64,000 nt of DNA from Candidatus Limnocylindrales bacterium (GTDB lineage: Bacteria; Chloroflexota; Limnocylindria; Limnocylindrales; CSP1-4). Of this stretch, positions 49,234 through 58,237 are shown piece by piece. The first letter of the stretch is position 1. The number at the start of each line of letters is the position of its first letter. The stretch spans positions 5,899 through 69,898 of the forward strand of contig JBCLCL010000001.1 of the NCBI GenBank assembly GCA_038915815.1. Direction: 5' to 3'. The notes under the pieces are model-generated. The model made no database searches. It was not told the origin of the DNA and saw only the letters and a program-made list of their open reading frames with translations. The translations under genes and the position numbers were made by a program.

Positions 49234-49919
49234 GCTGGCCCGGCCGACGGAGCGCCCGCCTCGCCATGGGTCGCCCCGAACATCGCCAGGGACGCCTCGA
49301 GACCCTCGATCGAGATCGGCGGACGTGGCTGCGAGCGCCATCGCTCGGCGGTCATCCTGAACCGCTGCGTCTCGCGCGCGACACCTTCGGGCGCCAGGCT
49401 GCCCCGGCCATTCTCCTCGTAGCCGAGCTTGCGCGACACGCCGGCTGAGGCCGCGTTGTCGAGGAAGGCGGAGCTCTCTGCGACGCGCGCGCCTAGTCCG
49501 TCGAAGGCCAGTGACAGGACGGCGCTCCGCATCTCCGTCCCGATCCCGCGGCCCTGCCACGCCCGACCGAGCCACGACCCGGTGTCGACCGTGCGATGGA
49601 TCGCGAACTCCTTGGCGTGAATCGACTGGGCGCCGATCGGCAGGCCATCGAGCTCGACCATCAGGTTGAGGCCCCAAGCCTGCGGCGACCAGCCCGCCCA
49701 CATCCCCCAGTGATGCTGGAGAAAGCCGGTCTCGAAGGCCGGGCTCGGGACGGTGGACCAGGCGATCCCGAAGGGCATCTCACCCTCTGGGTGGATGCCC
49801 GCCCTGGCGACCGCCATCAGGTCGAGCAGGTCCGATTCACCCGGGAGGCGCAGGACGAGACGCGCGCTGCGGACCCGCAGGGCGAAGAGCGGCCAGACGG
49901 ATTCGATACCGGCGGTCAT
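49230..49919 (-). CDS. GNAT N-acetyltransferase
   Basis: WQGRGIGTEMR and DNAASAGVSRKLGY motifs. Confidence 0.88.
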   Translation of the reverse strand: MTAGIESVWPLFALRVRSARLVLRLPGESDLLDLMAVARAGIHPEGEMPFGIAWSTVPSPAFETGFLQHHWGMWAGWSPQAWGLNLMVELDGLPIGAQSIHAKEFAIHRTVDTGSWLGRAWQGRGIGTEMRSAVLSLAFDGLGARVAESSAFLDNAASAGVSRKLGYEENGRGSLAPEGVARETQRFRMTAERWRSQPRPPISIEGLEASLAMFGATHGEAGAPSAGPA

Positions 49920-49944
49920 GGGCGCCCGACGGTACACTCCGCCA

Positions 49945-50274
49945 ATGGGTGCTGTCGAGACGATGGAAGACTTCTTCGAGAAGCTGAACGCGGGCGATCG
50001 CCAGGCCGCGGTGGCGCTGATGGACGAGAAGACCGAGATGCGCGTGCACGTCGGCGACAGCGTCCAGACCCTTCGCGGCGTCGAGCGCGTCGGTGGCTGG
50101 TTCCTGCGCGGCGACGCCGGCCTGCGGATGATCCCCGGTGACATCCGGGATACCGGCAATACCTACGAAGCGGACCTGCTGGTCGTCAGACCTGGGGCCC
50201 AGAGCCAGCATCTCGATGCGACCTTCCGGGTCGAAGCCGGCAAGATCACCGCGATCAACTTCGCGCCGAGGTAG
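49945..50274 (+). CDS. Small NTF2/SnoaL-like protein
   Basis: FFEKLNAGD...FRVEAGKITAI pattern; TACACT 6 nt upstream suggests a leaderless transcript. Confidence 0.7.
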   Translation: MGAVETMEDFFEKLNAGDRQAAVALMDEKTEMRVHVGDSVQTLRGVERVGGWFLRGDAGLRMIPGDIRDTGNTYEADLLVVRPGAQSQHLDATFRVEAGKITAINFAPR

Positions 50275-50673
50275 CTACGAGGCTTCGGTCTCATCGATCG
50301 AAACCGCCCATCTCCGAAGGACGGCGCCGATCGCAGAAATGTCGCTGACGGAACCGTCTGCGACGGCCATCACGAGCGCAAACGCCTCGTCCTCTTCGGC
50401 GCGCAGGTCTGCCCCATTGAGAACGTAGAACAGCCGCGTCGCCATCCATCCGAGCCGCTTGTTGCCGTCCACGAGTGCGTGGTTGCGCACGATCGAATGC
50501 AGCAGAGCGGCCGCCTTGGTGTCCAGATCCGGGTAGGCGTCGTCGCCGTAGACGGTCGCGCCCGGTCGCGCGATCGCCGCCTCCAGCAGACCGTGATCGC
50601 GAACATCCAGAGCCTGGCCAAGGACGGCCTCTGCCGCGACCAGCAGATCCTCCAGGGTCAGATGCTCGGTCAC
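50275..50673 (-). CDS. Doc/Fic family toxin
   Basis: NHALVDGNKR Doc motif; LLEAAIARP. Confidence 0.9.
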   Translation of the reverse strand: MTEHLTLEDLLVAAEAVLGQALDVRDHGLLEAAIARPGATVYGDDAYPDLDTKAAALLHSIVRNHALVDGNKRLGWMATRLFYVLNGADLRAEEDEAFALVMAVADGSVSDISAIGAVLRRWAVSIDETEAS

Positions 50674-50870
50674 GCCTTTCCGAGACGGTCGAGCAGGCCG
50701 GCGTCCTCGCGAACGATTCGCGCGATCGCTTCGTCGCGGACGTGCATCCGGCGGGAGACGTACTCGCGGATCGCGCTGCGCGCCACCTCCTGCATGGAGC
50801 GGTGCTCGCGCTCAGCGGTCGCCCGCAACGCCTGGGCCTCAGCTTCGGTCAGCCGCAGGGTCATTGCCAT
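50670..50870 (-). CDS. Ribbon-helix-helix antitoxin
   Basis: MAMTLRL...AEREHRSMQEV; 4-nt overlap with the toxin gene. Confidence 0.88.
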   Translation of the reverse strand: MAMTLRLTEAEAQALRATAEREHRSMQEVARSAIREYVSRRMHVRDEAIARIVREDAGLLDRLGKA

Positions 50871-50875
50871 GGAGG

Positions 50876-50897
50876 GATGATACCGCGCGGTATCATC
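50876..50897. promoter_or_regulatory. Perfect 22-bp palindrome, likely RHH operator
   Basis: GATGATACCGCGCGGTATCATC, 5 nt upstream of the antitoxin ATG. Confidence 0.75.
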
Positions 50898-50938
50898 ACA
50901 GGGCGACGCTGATCTGGTCGGCGCTCGCCCGCGCCTCC

Positions 50939-51072
50939 GCTCGACAGGAGGGCGTGATGCAGTGGCGCATCATTTCGGAGGGATCCACGCTCGGCGGCCC
51001 GGCGTATCACGCAGGACTCGGGGGGCGCCGCGCACGAATATCGTGCGAATGATCCCCCTGTGGATCACCGCC
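50939..51072. repeat. Dispersed 134-bp palindrome-ended repeat, copy 2
   Basis: Ungapped match to 27151-27284. Confidence 0.8.
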
Positions 51073-51218
51073 CCTCCGCCCCCGCCGAGTCCGCCCGCCT
51101 GCAGCCGATGGCGGCCCGATCCAGCGCAGGGAGCGGCTCGCGTCGGGTAGCCGTGTCAATCGCTACGGTCGGCGCACCCGGGACGCGGACGTCGGCTTCC
51201 GGCATCGCGCCGAGGTAG

Positions 51219-52439
51219 CTACGAGGCCGACGGCGACGGCTCGGTGAATTCGTCCGGCGGCTTGAGCGGGATGATGATCTCGTCGCCGATGGCCACCTTG
51301 TCGGGATCGGTGATCAGCGGGTTGGCCGCCAGCAGCTCCGCCAGGCTCAGCCCGAAGCTCGTTGCGACCTTCGACAGGGTATCGTCGGCCTCGATCAGGT
51401 AGACCTGCTGGGTCGGTTCCGGCGGCCCGGTGGGCTGCGGGCTCGCCGTGGGGGCACCCTGGCCAGCGCCTGGACTCGGCGTGGCCCCGTCGCCGCCACC
51501 GCCCCCGCCCCCGCCCCCGACACCGAGCAGCGCCGGGAGGAAGAAGAGTGCGACCGCCGCGATGACGAGCGCACCCGCCAGGACGGCGAGCCGAGGCGGT
51601 GCCGGCAACCCGGTGCGCGCCCTGATCGTGGGATACGCCTCGTACCGACGTGAGCGCTCCCACGATGGACCGGTGATCGCGTCGTCACGCTCGCGATGCG
51701 ATGGACGAGTCGAGCTGACGCTCGGACGGCGTGCGCTCGGGCTCGGCGGCGGGTAGTCGTGGGGCCGTTGGACGACCCGTCGTCCGACCACAAGGCCAGC
51801 CAGCTCCTCGTCGGGCGCGGCGGAGGCCTCGGTGTCGGAGGGCGCTGGTGTGCCGCCGGTCTGGCGGGAGGCGGGAGGGCGAGCGGTCAGTCGATCGGCG
51901 GCACTGCCCACCAACCCCTGGCTCTCGTCCGCGCGCCCAGCCCCGAAGCCCGGGGCAGCCGTCTGATCGCCAGCCGCGGGTCGTCGCGTCGAGCCGGCCG
52001 GGCCCGCTCCGGCGCCACCGGGGGCCCAGGGCGGAGGGGCGGCCCAGTCGCGCGGCGGATTGCGCCGGATCGGCGGTTCCTCGGTCGATGGGTGGCGCGG
52101 CAGCTCGCCCGCGTCGGGCTCGACGTCTCGGTGCTGCGAAGCGGCGGCGGCCTCTGCAGTCTCCGGCTGCGCCATCGGCGCCGACCTGGGCCGATCGCCC
52201 TCGCCGCGCGCGTGCGCCGCTTCGCGCCGCGCCCAGTCCTGGAAGGTCGGGCAGACAGGGAACGTGCTCGACAGGCAATACGCCTCCTGGTGCGCCGCGG
52301 CGCGCGGGGAAGGGACGAGTTCGGCATAGCAGCGGTGCCGATGGTCGGGGCTCGTCGAGCGCGTCTCCCGATCGTCCTCGAACGCCACGAACGGGCAGGC
52401 CGGCGCGCTGTCCACACCCGGGAGCTCTCGCTCGGTCAT
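51219..52439 (-). CDS. Membrane-anchored LysM protein with N-terminal Cys/His cluster
   Basis: CPF...HRC...YC...CP N-terminus, disordered linker, one TM helix and YLIEADDTLSKVA LysM. Confidence 0.82.
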   Translation of the reverse strand: MTERELPGVDSAPACPFVAFEDDRETRSTSPDHRHRCYAELVPSPRAAAHQEAYCLSSTFPVCPTFQDWARREAAHARGEGDRPRSAPMAQPETAEAAAASQHRDVEPDAGELPRHPSTEEPPIRRNPPRDWAAPPPWAPGGAGAGPAGSTRRPAAGDQTAAPGFGAGRADESQGLVGSAADRLTARPPASRQTGGTPAPSDTEASAAPDEELAGLVVGRRVVQRPHDYPPPSPSARRPSVSSTRPSHRERDDAITGPSWERSRRYEAYPTIRARTGLPAPPRLAVLAGALVIAAVALFFLPALLGVGGGGGGGGGDGATPSPGAGQGAPTASPQPTGPPEPTQQVYLIEADDTLSKVATSFGLSLAELLAANPLITDPDKVAIGDEIIIPLKPPDEFTEPSPSAS

Positions 52440-52564
52440 CGCCGCGATGATACCCGCCGCCGAGCTGCGTGGGCCGGTCCCCCGGAGACGAGCGGCTTCT
52501 CCATACCGGATCCAGTCGGTTCCTCAGCGGGCTACGGGCAAGGTGGTGTGTTACCTTGTGTCAC

Positions 52565-52846
52565 ATGGAACAGGTCGGGATGCGCGAGCTCCGGCATCGA
52601 CTTCGGCACTACCTGTCCAGGGTGGACGCAGGCGAGGGATTCGACGTGACCGTCTTCGGCCGACCCGTCGCGCATCTTGGCCCGCTGGCTCCTCAGCGCC
52701 CGACGTTGGCGCGCCTCGTGGAAGAAGGGAAGGTCACTCCGGCGATCCGGACGGATACGTCTTCACTCCCGACGCCCGCTCCAGTGACGACTGGCATGAC
52801 GGCCACCGAAGCGCTGCTGACCGAGCGGCGGGGTGACACGCGCTGA
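52565..52846 (+). CDS. Phd/YefM family antitoxin
   Basis: VGMRELR...V.AGE..VT..GRPVA pattern. Confidence 0.88.
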   Translation: MEQVGMRELRHRLRHYLSRVDAGEGFDVTVFGRPVAHLGPLAPQRPTLARLVEEGKVTPAIRTDTSSLPTPAPVTTGMTATEALLTERRGDTR

Positions 52847-53244
52847 GCAGCCTGTATCTCGATGCCTCGGCGATCACGAAGCTCGTCGTCGAGGAACCTG
52901 AGACCGGCTCTCTCCAGGATCTGGTCCGAGGTCGTCGCCTGGCAACCAGCAGGGTCGCGATCGTGGAAGTCGTGAAGGCCGTCGCACGGGCGAATCCCGA
53001 CGCTGACCCGCAACCGATCTTTGCGTTCCTCGCATTCGTCGAACTCGACGCCGACCTCGCCCGTGTCGCGGCCGCGACGGGTGGCACCGGTCTTCGGGCA
53101 CTCGATGCGATCCACGTCGCGTCAGCGCTGCGGCTGGGGGACGAGGTTGACACGTTTGTGACGTACGACCTGCGTCAGGCATTCGTAGCTCGGGCAATGG
53201 GACTTCACGTCGATGGGCCTGGCTCGCCGAACGAGCCCCTGTAG
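52843..53244 (+). CDS. VapC/PIN toxin with apparent CTG start
   Basis: LYLDASAITKL, LRALDAIHVASA and FVTYD motifs; in-frame TGA at 52834-52836 leaves no ATG/GTG/TTG before the first motif. Confidence 0.82.
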   Translation: MSSLYLDASAITKLVVEEPETGSLQDLVRGRRLATSRVAIVEVVKAVARANPDADPQPIFAFLAFVELDADLARVAAATGGTGLRALDAIHVASALRLGDEVDTFVTYDLRQAFVARAMGLHVDGPGSPNEPL

Positions 53245-53265
53245 GCTGGTTGCGCGCCATCGACC
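53235..53265. repeat. 31-bp direct repeat, copy 1 (copy 2 at 53975-54005)
   Basis: GCCCCTGTAGGCTgGTTGCgCGCCATCGACC versus GCCCCTGTAGGCTtGTTGCcCGCCATCGACC; 29 of 31 identical. Confidence 0.85.
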
Positions 53266-53284
53266 GGTGCTGCGGCGGCCTGGA

Positions 53285-53704
53285 TCAGGCGTCGGCCGGG
53301 AGGATTCGGAACGGCCTGCCGCGCGGTCCGGCGACCGCCCGGAAGTGGCGTTCGTCCAGGGTGAGGAGGTCCAGGATGTCGTGCCGTTCCGCGAGGACCA
53401 CGAGAGAGGCATCCGCCAGACCCAGCTCCAGGTCGCGGTACCGGCCGATCACATCGGCAGCGCGCGCGACATCGTGTGCGTCCATCGACTCCAGCCGGTA
53501 GGCGCCGCCGGCGACCTGCTGAAGGAGCGCCGCGGCGGCTGCGGCCGACACGCGGGTCGACAGCAGGTAGTCCAGCTCCGCCAACACGAACGGCGACAGC
53601 AGGAACGGTCCGCCCGCCTGGCGGAGCACGGCCACGGCGGCTACATGGTGGCGTTGACTCCCGTCGATCGCCGCCAGCAGACCGCTCGTGTCGAGGATGA
53701 TCAC
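53285..53704 (-). CDS. VapC/PIN toxin
   Basis: ILDTSGL, AELDYLL, LGLADAS and TLDERHF motifs. Confidence 0.9.
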   Translation of the reverse strand: MIILDTSGLLAAIDGSQRHHVAAVAVLRQAGGPFLLSPFVLAELDYLLSTRVSAAAAAALLQQVAGGAYRLESMDAHDVARAADVIGRYRDLELGLADASLVVLAERHDILDLLTLDERHFRAVAGPRGRPFRILPADA

Positions 53705-53922
53705 CGGTCGCCGAAGCCGTCCAGTTCGTCATCGACGTGCTCCGCGAGGTCCGGCCGGCCGCTCTCGAACAGCGGGAGCATCGGCTCGGCGACCTGATGG
53801 CGTGCCGTCACGAGTTCCACCCCCTCACGAATGAGCTCCGCTTCGCTCCTACCAACCACCTTCGCGACTCGCTCAAGCGCACGTTTCTGGCTGTCGGTCA
53901 GATAGACCGTCGTCTTCTCCAT
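53701..53922 (-). CDS. CopG/RHH antitoxin (VapB)
   Basis: MEKTTVYL...GRSEAELIREG; ATACCATA direct repeats at the start; 4-nt overlap with vapC. Confidence 0.87.
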   Translation of the reverse strand: MEKTTVYLTDSQKRALERVAKVVGRSEAELIREGVELVTARHQVAEPMLPLFESGRPDLAEHVDDELDGFGDR

Positions 53923-54023
53923 ACCATATACGATACCATACACCGCCGCGCGAGACGTCATGGAGCCTACGTCGGCCCCTGTAGGCTTGTTGCCCGCCAT
54001 CGACCCATGGTTATACTCCGGGT

Positions 54024-54260
54024 ATGAAGACTGCCGTGTCGGTGCCCGATGACGTGTTCGAGCTCGCGGAACGATTGGCCAAGCGGGAGGGTCGTTCGCG
54101 CAGCGAGGTGTACAGCGCCGCGCTCCGTGAATACGTGGCCCGCCGTTCGCCGGACGAGGTGACGGATGCGCTGGAACGCGTGGTCGCCGAGATCGGGGAT
54201 GAACCGAACGCCTTCGTGGCGGCCGCTGCCCGGTACACGCTCCAGTCGACGGACTGGTGA
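54024..54260 (+). CDS. RHH-type MazE-like antitoxin
   Basis: MKTAVSVPDDVF...SRSEVY; TATACT just upstream. Confidence 0.87.
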   Translation: MKTAVSVPDDVFELAERLAKREGRSRSEVYSAALREYVARRSPDEVTDALERVVAEIGDEPNAFVAAAARYTLQSTDW

Positions 54261-54598
54261 TCGCGCAGGGGGACGTCTGGTGGGCCGACCTCGCCGACCC
54301 GATCGGTTCGGAACCCGGGTACCGACGCCCAGTCGTCGTCGTCCAGGCGGACAGCTTCAACCAGAGCTCATTACGAACGGTCGTCGTGGTGCCCTTGACC
54401 AGCAACCTTCGCTGGGCGGCAGCGCCAGGTAATGTCCGCCTGTCGCCGCGATCCACCGGCCTCGACCGCGAGTCCGTCGCGAACGTGTCCCAGCTTCTGA
54501 CCGTGGACAAGTCGGCGCTGACCGAGCGTGTCGGCCGGCTGGCCACGGCCAGGCTCAACCTCGTGCTCGCCGGTATCGATATCGTCCTCGGACGCTGA
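54257..54598 (+). CDS. PemK/MazF family toxin
   Basis: QGDVWWADL, RRPVVVVQ, VPLTSN and NVSQ motifs. Confidence 0.92.
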   Translation: MIAQGDVWWADLADPIGSEPGYRRPVVVVQADSFNQSSLRTVVVVPLTSNLRWAAAPGNVRLSPRSTGLDRESVANVSQLLTVDKSALTERVGRLATARLNLVLAGIDIVLGR

Positions 54599-54844
54599 CG
54601 TATCCGCCGCCGGAGGCCGGCCTGACGTGCGTGCACGCGTTGATGTGGCGCGCTACGTGACCTGGCGCTGTGCCCCTTGTGGGGCCCTCGATAGGCCCGG
54701 ACAGAGATTCGTAGAGTCGCCCGGGAGGATCCGTCTCGTGCTCGAAAGAGTCACCACCTGTAGGCATCAATAAGCGCCAGGTAGGTCGTGGGTGCCGCAT
54801 CCACTGTGGTGGGAGACCGTCGTCGCGGCGAGCGATGAAGCCGG

Positions 54845-57838
54845 CTACCCCGGGTAGGTCAGCTCGAACATGGTGTCGGTCAGCCAGCGACGGAACGACT
54901 CGTTGTCGCTGAACTGCTTGAACAGCTCGGTGTCGTCCTTCAGCAGCGCGGTGATGACCCGGCCCAGCGCCTTGTCGTGTTCGATCCGGGCGTTCTGTTT
55001 GTCGGAGTTCGCCCTCGCATTCTGGTAGGCCCGATCGGCGGCCACGCTGGCCGGGATCTCCTGGGTGATGAGCTGGTGGATGCGGTCCGCGTCGGCCCAG
55101 GCGACGTTGCCGAACTGGTCGTTGAACGCCGCGATGATGTTCGACAGGCGGTCCAGTTCCGGCTCGGTCGCCCCGCCGCCACCGGCCGTCGAGACGGGGG
55201 CGATCTCCGCGTCCTCGTCCGGCAGCTGGAACTTGACGGCCGCCTGCTTCTCGACCCGGTAGCTGTCCATGTCGATCGACTCGAGGATCCCCTTCGAGAG
55301 GTCGTCGTCCACCGGGGCCGGCAGCTTGGGGACGAGGAAGTTCAGGAAGATCGAGAGCTTCTCCCAGTCGGCGTTCGTGTACGGCAGGATCGAGGCGAGG
55401 AAGTCGTACGAGCGGGTGAACGCCTTGGCCGTGCCCTTGAAGTCAACCTGCCCGTCCTCGTCGAGCTGCTCCCGGTAGGTGGCGACGCAGGCGTCGAGGA
55501 TCGGATCGAGCCGGTCGCGATCCGCCCCGCCCAGGTAGAGCCCCACGAGCCGCTCGACATCGGACTCGGCGTAGACCTGGCGACCGTCGAGCGCCGCCTT
55601 CAGGTCGTGCAGCTTGTTCGGGTCGGTCTCGTCCGACAGGATGGTCGTGCGGTAGTAGTCCGAGAATGCCGCCTGGATCGTCTCGGAGTCGTTCATGAAG
55701 TCGAGCACGAAGACGTCGTGCTTCCGGGGATGCGCCCGGTTCAGGCGCGACAGGGTCTGCACCGCCTTGATGTCCGACAGGACCTTGTCCACGTACATCG
55801 TGTGGAGCAGCGGCTCGTCGTAGCCGGTCTGGAACTTGTCGGCGCAGACGAGGAAGCGGTACGGGTGCTCGACGATTCGGTCGGCGATGGCTCCGCTCGG
55901 GAACCCATTCAGGGACGCCTCCGTGACCTGGACGCCGCCGTACTCGTGCTCGCCTGAGAACGCGACGATGGCCCGGTACGGGCTCTTGCGCTCGACCAGG
56001 TACTCGCGGATCGCGTGGTAGTACTGGATGGCGCGCTCGACGCCGCTGGTGACCACCATCGCCCGCGCCTCGCCGCCGATCTTGTTGAGCGCGAGCACCT
56101 GCTCGTGGAAGTGATCGACCATGATCTCGGCCTTGAGCCGGATCGCGTGGTCGTTGCTCTCGACGTAGCGACGCAGCTTCTTCTGGGCCCGCTTGGTGTC
56201 GAACTCCGGGTCACCCTCGATCTTCTTGGTCAGCCTGTAGTAGCTCGCGACCGGGGTGTAGTGCTGGAGCACGTCCAGGATGAAGCCCTCCTGGATCGCC
56301 TGTTTCATCGTGTAGCTGTGGAAGGGTCGGTGCTTGACCTGTCCGCCCACGTCGTACGGCTCGCCGAAGATCTCGAGCGTCTTGTTCTTCGGGGTCGCGG
56401 TGAAGGCGAAGTAGCTCGCGTTCGGGAGGAGCCTGCGCGACTCCATCAGCCGGTTGATCGTGTCCTCGATCGTCTCGTCATCCTCTTCCGCGCCGGCCAC
56501 CGAGAGGGCCATCGAGAGCGCCGCCGAGGTCTTGCCGCCCTGGCTCGAGTGGGCCTCGTCGATGACGATCGCGAAGCTCCGGCCACGCTGCTCATTCCCG
56601 ATCTCGTCGAGGATGAACGGGAACTTCTGGACCGTGGTGATGACGATCTTCTTGCCTTCGGCGATGAACCTGCGCAGGTCGCCGGAGTTCTCGGCGTGGC
56701 CGACCGTGGCGCTCACCTGGGCGAACTGCTTGATCGTGTCGCGGATCTGCTTGTCGAGGATCCTGCGGTCGGTGACCACGATGATCGAGTCGAAGACCGG
56801 CGCGTCATCCCGGCGCAGGCCGATCATCTGGTGGGCCAGCCAGGCGATGGAGTTGGACTTGCCGCTGCCGGCCGAGTGCTGGATCAGGTAGCGCCGACCC
56901 GCCCCGTTCTTGCTCGCGTCGGCCAGCAGCTTGCGCACCACGTCGAGTTGGTGGTAGCGCGGCCAGACCTGCGCCGCCTTCTTCCTGCCCGTCTTCTCGT
57001 CCTTCGCCTCGACCACCTGGGCGTAGTTCTCCAGGATGTCGGTCAGGCCCTCGCGGGTGAGGATCCGCTTCCAGAGGTAGTCGGTCTTGAGGCCGTCAGG
57101 GTTGGGCGGGTTGCCCGCACCGTCGTTCCAGCCCTGGTTGAACGGCAGGAACCACGAGGCCTTGCCCTTGAGCTGGGTGCAGAACCGCACCTCGTGCTCG
57201 TCCACCGCGAAGTGGACCATGCACCGCCCGAACTCGAAGAGCCGCTCGCGCGGGTCGCGATCGCGCTTGTACTGCTCGACGGCGTCCTCCACCGTCTGCT
57301 TGGTGAGGCTGTTCTTCAGCTCGAAGGTGGCGACGGGCAGGCCGTTGATGAAGACGCCGAGGTCGAGCGAGAGCTGCGTCTCGTCGCGGCTGTAGCGCAG
57401 CTGGCGAGTGACGCTGAAGCGGTTCTGGGCGTAGCGATCTGCCGCCGCCGCGTTGTCCTTCGACGGCGTGCCATAGAACAGCTCGACCTGGTGCGGCCCA
57501 TCCTTGATGCCGTGGCGCAGCACGTCGATGGTGCCGCGCTTGCTGATCTCGCCCTGCAGGCGGGCGAGGAACTTGCGCCGCGTCGGGCTGTCGTGGTCGA
57601 GGTCGAGCGCCTCGGCCACCCTGGGCTGCGCCTCCCGCAGGAAGGCGCCGAGCTGCGCCAGGTCCACGCAGTACTCGCGGTCGTAGTCGTTCGCGTCGCC
57701 GCCGATCCAGCCCGTGCCGTAGACGGCCGGGCGCTCCGCCACGCGATCCGCCGCCCCGCCGCCCGGATCGCAGGGATGGCCCGTCATCGCTGTGCAGATC
57801 AGCCGTTCGAGGCCGCGCTCGCTGGTGTCAGTCTTCAT
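54845..57838 (-). CDS. hsdR: Type I restriction endonuclease subunit R
   Basis: D...INGLP..ELK nuclease motif, HSAGSGKS, DEAH, FTATP, TGYDEP and QTLSRLNR. Confidence 0.95.
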   Translation of the reverse strand: MKTDTSERGLERLICTAMTGHPCDPGGGAADRVAERPAVYGTGWIGGDANDYDREYCVDLAQLGAFLREAQPRVAEALDLDHDSPTRRKFLARLQGEISKRGTIDVLRHGIKDGPHQVELFYGTPSKDNAAAADRYAQNRFSVTRQLRYSRDETQLSLDLGVFINGLPVATFELKNSLTKQTVEDAVEQYKRDRDPRERLFEFGRCMVHFAVDEHEVRFCTQLKGKASWFLPFNQGWNDGAGNPPNPDGLKTDYLWKRILTREGLTDILENYAQVVEAKDEKTGRKKAAQVWPRYHQLDVVRKLLADASKNGAGRRYLIQHSAGSGKSNSIAWLAHQMIGLRRDDAPVFDSIIVVTDRRILDKQIRDTIKQFAQVSATVGHAENSGDLRRFIAEGKKIVITTVQKFPFILDEIGNEQRGRSFAIVIDEAHSSQGGKTSAALSMALSVAGAEEDDETIEDTINRLMESRRLLPNASYFAFTATPKNKTLEIFGEPYDVGGQVKHRPFHSYTMKQAIQEGFILDVLQHYTPVASYYRLTKKIEGDPEFDTKRAQKKLRRYVESNDHAIRLKAEIMVDHFHEQVLALNKIGGEARAMVVTSGVERAIQYYHAIREYLVERKSPYRAIVAFSGEHEYGGVQVTEASLNGFPSGAIADRIVEHPYRFLVCADKFQTGYDEPLLHTMYVDKVLSDIKAVQTLSRLNRAHPRKHDVFVLDFMNDSETIQAAFSDYYRTTILSDETDPNKLHDLKAALDGRQVYAESDVERLVGLYLGGADRDRLDPILDACVATYREQLDEDGQVDFKGTAKAFTRSYDFLASILPYTNADWEKLSIFLNFLVPKLPAPVDDDLSKGILESIDMDSYRVEKQAAVKFQLPDEDAEIAPVSTAGGGGATEPELDRLSNIIAAFNDQFGNVAWADADRIHQLITQEIPASVAADRAYQNARANSDKQNARIEHDKALGRVITALLKDDTELFKQFSDNESFRRWLTDTMFELTYPG

Positions 57839-57874
57839 GCTTCGGAAGGGCCTCCCGGCGAGGACGCTGCCAGT

Positions 57875-58036
57875 CCCATCAAGCACCCGTCAAGCAATGG
57901 CGGGCGCCCGAACGCTCGGTTCCTGCAAGAGTTGTGCCCTTCAGGATGCTCGCCAGCGGCCGTCAGGAGCCGTTCCATCAAGTACCCATCAAGTACCGAG
58001 GATGGACGTCCGCCTTTGCTAAATCCTTTGCTAAAG
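57875..58036. repeat. Three pairs of 11-12-bp tandem direct repeats
   Basis: CCCRTCAAGCA x2 (57875-57896), YCCATCAAGTA x2 (57974-57995), CCTTTGCTAAAK x2 (58013-58036). Confidence 0.75.
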
Positions 58037-58072
58037 GGCCGGAACCTTCCAACGTCTAGCAAAGGGCGAAGC

Positions 58073-58237
58073 TCAATCACGGGGCGCCCCCGACGAGATC
58101 CATTCGGGATGCGATCGCGCGCCTCGGTTGACGATGCGGCCGGAACGGCGGAGTTCCTTGAGAATGGTGTGAACCTTGCGCCGCTTCTGCTCGAAGGTGA
58201 GGCGGTCGGGCAGCGGAAGGTGCGCGAGCTTTGTCAC
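58073..58237 (-). pseudogene. 54-aa C-terminal winged-helix remnant resembling AlbA_2/HATPase_c_4 regulator ends
   Basis: MTKLAHLPLPDRLTFEQKRRKVHTILKELRRSGRIVNRGARSHPEW; GTGA overlap with the hsdS stop. Family call from memory. Confidence 0.5.

Noticed and set aside
57835-58080. 81-aa minus-strand ORF upstream of hsdR
   Set aside because: Reads through the tandem repeats and has no recognisable motif.
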